DNA of 64,000 nucleotides, taken from an uncultured delta proteobacterium. Lineage in GTDB: Bacteria; Myxococcota_A; Polyangia; Fen-1088. Under the pieces are notes generated by a model. That model was not told the DNA's origin, did no database searches, and saw only the letters and a program-made list of their open reading frames with translations. The translations under genes and the position numbers were made by a program. The stretch is taken from NCBI GenBank assembly GCA_963767925.1, contig CAVYGB010000006.1:224001-288000 (forward strand), read 5' to 3'. This document shows, in pieces, positions 60,182-64,000 of the stretch (position 1 is the first letter of the stretch; every line of letters starts with the position of its first letter).

Positions 60182-60990
60182 CGCTCTTCTTCCTCGGGGC
60201 GGGCGCCACGTTGACTGCCGATGGCCGCGCGCAACTCGGCCGCTACCAACGCCAGCAGCTCGGTCCGACTCGTGTTGACGAAGAAATGGCCACCGGGCAA
60301 AAGGTGCAGACGGAAGGCACCGTTGCCGTGTTCCCGCCACGCCTCGAGCTCGGGGGGGTCGATCCCCCCGTCCGAGAGCCCGCCAAAGGCGGTGATGGGG
60401 CAGCTCAAGGGGGCCTCCTCGAGATAGGCGTAGCGCTCGACCGCCTGGAGGTCTGCTCGTAGCAGCGGCGTCATCACCTCCATGAGCGCGGCGTTCTGCA
60501 GCACCTCGGCCGGCGTGCCCTGCATGCTCGCCAGGGCAGCGACAAAGTCCGCCTCGGGGAGCAGGTGAAGCTCCGGGCGCCGGCGGGGCCGGTGCGGCGC
60601 CCGGTGGCCCGACACCATGACCTGGACCGGTGCTTTCCCTTCCTCACGCCGCCAGCGCCTGGCCAGTTCGAAGGCGACGATCGCCCCCATGCTGTGGCCA
60701 AAGAAGGCGACTGGCCCCGACAGGAACGGTCGCAATCCAACCCACAGATCGTCGATCAAGGCTCCGATGTCCCGGTGAGCCGGCTCGCGAAGGCGCGCAC
60801 CCCGCCCGGCCAGCTCGACGGCCAGGACGTCGACGCCCGCCGATAGCCCGGCGGACCAGGCTCGAAACAGGTGGGCCATGCCCCCGGCGTGAGGAAAGCA
60901 GAAGAGCCGCAGGCGTCCGGCAGGCGCGGTCGCCATCGGATCGATCCTCGTCTGGGGCAGATATCGGGAGAAGAACCGGGGGAGGGTCAT
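60154..60990 (-). CDS. Type II thioesterase
   Basis: LFCFPHAGG, FFGHSMG, LRAD, GGHFF. Confidence 0.93.
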   Translation of the reverse strand: MTLPRFFSRYLPQTRIDPMATAPAGRLRLFCFPHAGGMAHLFRAWSAGLSAGVDVLAVELAGRGARLREPAHRDIGALIDDLWVGLRPFLSGPVAFFGHSMGAIVAFELARRWRREEGKAPVQVMVSGHRAPHRPRRRPELHLLPEADFVAALASMQGTPAEVLQNAALMEVMTPLLRADLQAVERYAYLEEAPLSCPITAFGGLSDGGIDPPELEAWREHGNGAFRLHLLPGGHFFVNTSRTELLALVAAELRAAIGSQRGARPEEEERCVHLSQIP

Positions 60991-61038
60991 GGGTGCACCA
61001 TCAGGGAGGTCAAGGCGATGGGCCGGAGGGCGACCTGG

Positions 61039-62766
61039 TCAGACGCTGTTGAGGGCGGGGGCCCGCACCAGCTCGTCCCACTCGACGCGTCCGCGTTCCA
61101 GCTTGATCACCCGATCCGCGACGTCGAAGTAGCGATCGTCGTGGGTGATCACGAGGACGGTCTTGTTTCGGTCGCGAAGCTCGGGGAGCAACTTGTGGTA
61201 AAAAACCTGGCGGAAGCTGGGATCCTGGTCCGCGGCCCACTCGTCGAACACGTAGATCGGACGATCCTCGAGGGTGGCCAGCACGAGGGCCAGCCGCTTG
61301 CGCTGGCCCTGTGACACCTCGAGGGTAGAGAAGCGGCGGTTGACGAGCTTCACCTTTTCCCCGAGCTGCAAACGATCGAGCTGGGCCCGGCCATCGACCT
61401 CGAGTCGCTCCTCGACTGGACCCACCAGCCGGTTGAACAGATGGTAGTCGGCGAAGATGCCGGAGAAGTGCTGACGGTACTCATCACGGTTGGCGCTCGT
61501 GACCGGGACACCGTCGAGGCGGATCTCCCCCGCGTGAGGCTCGTAGAGGCCGGTCAGGAGCTTGGCGAGGGTGGTCTTTCCGCTGCCGTTGCCGCCGACG
61601 ATGAACACCATCTGTCCAGCGTAGAAGCTCAGGTCCAGCGGGCCGACGGCGAAGCTCTCGCTGCTGGGCTCACTCTGATAGACGTGTCGGACACCGAGGA
61701 GCTGAAGCTGACGCCAGGGACGCGGCGATCGGGCTCGGGCGGACGGCTCCAGGGGCGAGCTCGTCAGCGACAGACCCAGGGCACGTACCTTCTCTGCCGC
61801 CACGAACGCCCGGCTGAAGCTGGGCAGGTTGTTGAGGATGATGGTGAGCGGCGTGATCATGAACAAGATGGTCAGGGCGTAGCCGGTTATGGATGCTCGA
61901 TCGATGGCCAGGACCGCGGGGGAGGCGAAGAGGATTAACCCGATGAAGAGGAAGAAAAGGATCTGCCCCCAATTGCCCGCGGCCAGGGCGTAGGTGTTGG
62001 CCAGGACCGCCCTTCGCCGGATGGCCTCGACGGGCGGCTCCAGCTCCTCTTGCAAGAACAGCCGGCGGCGCTCTCGGTTGAGCTTGAGCTCCTTGGCCCC
62101 CTCGGTCAGGCCACGAAAGGCCGCAAACATCCGATCCCACTCCTCGCGCAGTCGCCGGAAGTGGCCGAGCGACTTCCGCGCCGGGACGGCGTGGGTGAGG
62201 ATGCCGAAGGCCATGAAGGCGAGCACCGCCAGCAGCAGAGGGCGAGACAACCAGCCCAGGTAGGCGAGACAGCCGGCCATGATCCCGAGCTGCATGAGCA
62301 CCACGGGCAGGGCGGTTATCGCCGACGTGACGCTTCCGATGTCGTCGGTGAAGGTGGCCAGTAGCCGGGCCGCCCCGATGTCCTCGAGCAAGCGATACGG
62401 CGCGTCCAGGACCTGTCGAGCCATCCGCAACCGGAGCTCCTTGGCCGCCCGCGAGGTCAGCCGGACCAGCAGGACTTGCGAGCCGAACCCGGCCAGGGGA
62501 ACGAGCAGGCAGAGGACGGCGAACATCCCGGCCAGCGGGTGATGGCGCGAGCTGTCCAGGCCGGCCCCCAGGACGGCGTTGATCACGGCCACCAGCGCCG
62601 TGCTGCCCAGCCCCGCGAGGAGCCCGCTCAGGGTGGCCAGGATCACCGTGAGACGGGCGAACCGGGTCCCCTGCGACCAGCGCAACAGCACCGAGATGAG
62701 GCGACCTAGGCTTTGCAAGGACGACTCCTTGTTCGCGCTGGACGAACGTTCCACAGCATGTTCCAA
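61039..62766 (-). CDS. Cyclic peptide export ABC transporter (SyrD/PvdE family)
   Basis: Six TMs, GAKELKLN, GGNGSGKTT, SQGQRKRLAL, FDEWAADQDP, ITHDDRYF. Confidence 0.93.
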   Translation of the reverse strand: MEHAVERSSSANKESSLQSLGRLISVLLRWSQGTRFARLTVILATLSGLLAGLGSTALVAVINAVLGAGLDSSRHHPLAGMFAVLCLLVPLAGFGSQVLLVRLTSRAAKELRLRMARQVLDAPYRLLEDIGAARLLATFTDDIGSVTSAITALPVVLMQLGIMAGCLAYLGWLSRPLLLAVLAFMAFGILTHAVPARKSLGHFRRLREEWDRMFAAFRGLTEGAKELKLNRERRRLFLQEELEPPVEAIRRRAVLANTYALAAGNWGQILFFLFIGLILFASPAVLAIDRASITGYALTILFMITPLTIILNNLPSFSRAFVAAEKVRALGLSLTSSPLEPSARARSPRPWRQLQLLGVRHVYQSEPSSESFAVGPLDLSFYAGQMVFIVGGNGSGKTTLAKLLTGLYEPHAGEIRLDGVPVTSANRDEYRQHFSGIFADYHLFNRLVGPVEERLEVDGRAQLDRLQLGEKVKLVNRRFSTLEVSQGQRKRLALVLATLEDRPIYVFDEWAADQDPSFRQVFYHKLLPELRDRNKTVLVITHDDRYFDVADRVIKLERGRVEWDELVRAPALNSV

Positions 62767-62779
62767 GCGACGGCCATCC

Positions 62780-63007
62780 TCAGCGGTCGAGGCCTGTCTT
62801 CTCCTCGACGAGCTGGCGGCGCACGCTGAGCGGCCGCATGTCGGTCCAGGTCTCTTCGATGAAGGCCAGGCACTCGGATCTCGTTCCCGTCTTGCCAGCG
62901 GGTCGCCAGCCCAGGGGCAGCGGCCGGGCGGCCGGCCAGATCGAATATTGCTCTTCCAGGTTCATCACGGCCTGGTAGGGGGTCGTTTCGTCGTCAGGCT
63001 GGCTCAT
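62780..63007 (-). CDS. mbtH: MbtH-like protein
   Basis: [30 protein letters not shown]. Confidence 0.95.
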   Translation of the reverse strand: MSQPDDETTPYQAVMNLEEQYSIWPAARPLPLGWRPAGKTGTRSECLAFIEETWTDMRPLSVRRQLVEEKTGLDR

Positions 63008-63021
63008 CGTGCTCTCGTCCT

Positions 63022-64000
63022 TCATTGGCTGGCGCGCAGCTCCCGGCTGGCTCGGATGGCTCCCCTCCGGACGGCGACGATGGTCTGCTTCTCGTCGGCG
63101 AGGACGGAGGCGATCACGTCGCGGAAACGCTGGATCAGCCGGCTGACCGTCGCTGCCTCGAAGACCCGGCTGTCGTAAACCGAGCGAAGCAGCAACCTCG
63201 GCCCGGGCTCGATGACCAGCATCAGCGGATAGCTGTTCCGCTCGATCGAGCTGGCGGCGACGATGCGGGGCGACCCCATGCTGGCCAGGGCCGCGTTCAC
63301 TGGATAGTTCTGGAAGACGACCACGCTGGAAAAAAGCGGCGTGCCCCGGGGAACCTCGCTGCTCTGCTGGATGTCCGGCAGCGACATGTATTCGTAGCGA
63401 CGGGCCTCGGCCTGCTGGACTTGCAGCTCCTGCAGCCAGGGCACCACCGGGGCATCCATCTCGATGCGCGCGCGAACCGGCAAGTTGTTGATGAACAGGC
63501 CCACCATGCTCTCCATCCCAGGCAGCTCCACGGGGCGTCCGGCGACGACATTCCCGAAGACGACGTCATCGACTCCGCTCTGCTGGGCCAGATGGAGGGC
63601 CCAGGCACCGAGAATCACTGTATGAGTGGTCACCCGGTGCTTGCGCGCGAAGGCCTTCAGCGCGGCCGTCTCGCCCTCCTGCAGCGATACCTCCTGCTGG
63701 CGGTACACGTCCTCGGTAGGGGTGGCCGGGACAACCTGGTCCTCTCCGATGGAGGTCGGCGCGACGAACCCCTGCAGCGTCTTGCGCCAGTACTCACGAC
63801 CCCGCACCCGGTCCTGACGTTCGAGCCAGTCGATGTACCGTCTGAACGGCAGGGGCTGCTTGAGCCGGAGCGCCTGGCCCCGGGCCAACGCCCCGTAGAT
63901 GGCGATGACCTCGGCGAGGACGACCGCCACCGACCAGCCGTCGAGCAGGGTGAGGTGGTAACGCCAGATGAACTGGTAACGGTCGGGCCCGCACTTGATG
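63022..64000 (-). CDS. C-terminal part of an NRPS ending in a DCL-like condensation domain (5' end outside window)
   Basis: [48 protein letters not shown]; stop follows with no A domain. Confidence 0.88.
   Translation of the reverse strand, partial: IKCGPDRYQFIWRYHLTLLDGWSVAVVLAEVIAIYGALARGQALRLKQPLPFRRYIDWLERQDRVRGREYWRKTLQGFVAPTSIGEDQVVPATPTEDVYRQQEVSLQEGETAALKAFARKHRVTTHTVILGAWALHLAQQSGVDDVVFGNVVAGRPVELPGMESMVGLFINNLPVRARIEMDAPVVPWLQELQVQQAEARRYEYMSLPDIQQSSEVPRGTPLFSSVVVFQNYPVNAALASMGSPRIVAASSIERNSYPLMLVIEPGPRLLLRSVYDSRVFEAATVSRLIQRFRDVIASVLADEKQTIVAVRRGAIRASRELRASQ

Noticed and set aside
36050..63007. Calling the cluster a siderophore pathway
   Set aside because: FAAL, beta-hydroxylases and a PvdE-like exporter fit, but I saw no TonB-dependent receptor, ornithine hydroxylase or Fur box in the window; left open because the cluster is truncated.
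1..64000. tRNA, rRNA, CRISPR array or prophage
   Set aside because: No such patterns seen by eye; the window is almost fully occupied by protein-coding genes.

Overview
Very GC-rich bacterial DNA, most plausibly myxobacterial (inferred from gene content). 1-16.2 kb looks like core genome: a chemotaxis-derived signalling cluster (REC-GGDEF, CheX-like, CheY-like, and a membrane-anchored CheA-like kinase without a CheW domain), a five-gene LolD/LolE/LolE/LolA-like/outer-membrane-barrel operon, an S9 peptidase and a vWA lipoprotein. From about 16.2 kb codon usage looks less regular: a few small enzymes and an intact IS5-family element inserted just upstream of a LuxR-type regulator. From about 21.3 kb to the window end lies a large, incomplete hybrid NRPS-PKS cluster. 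Its main line is FAAL-ACP-C-A(Ala)-T, C-A(Leu)-T-C-TauD, I-A(Glu)-T, then a PKS whose DH domain is inserted inside its KR. A second sub-operon, headed by a NusG paralog, encodes AsnB, TauD, an Asp/Glu racemase, two paralogous A-T didomains with DARH-type codes and a free C domain with duplicated docking-like helices. That dissociated, probably iso-D-Asp/Asn-forming unit and the unusual PKS are the best candidates for undescribed biology. A-domain codes were read by eye against remembered reference codes; no database search was run.
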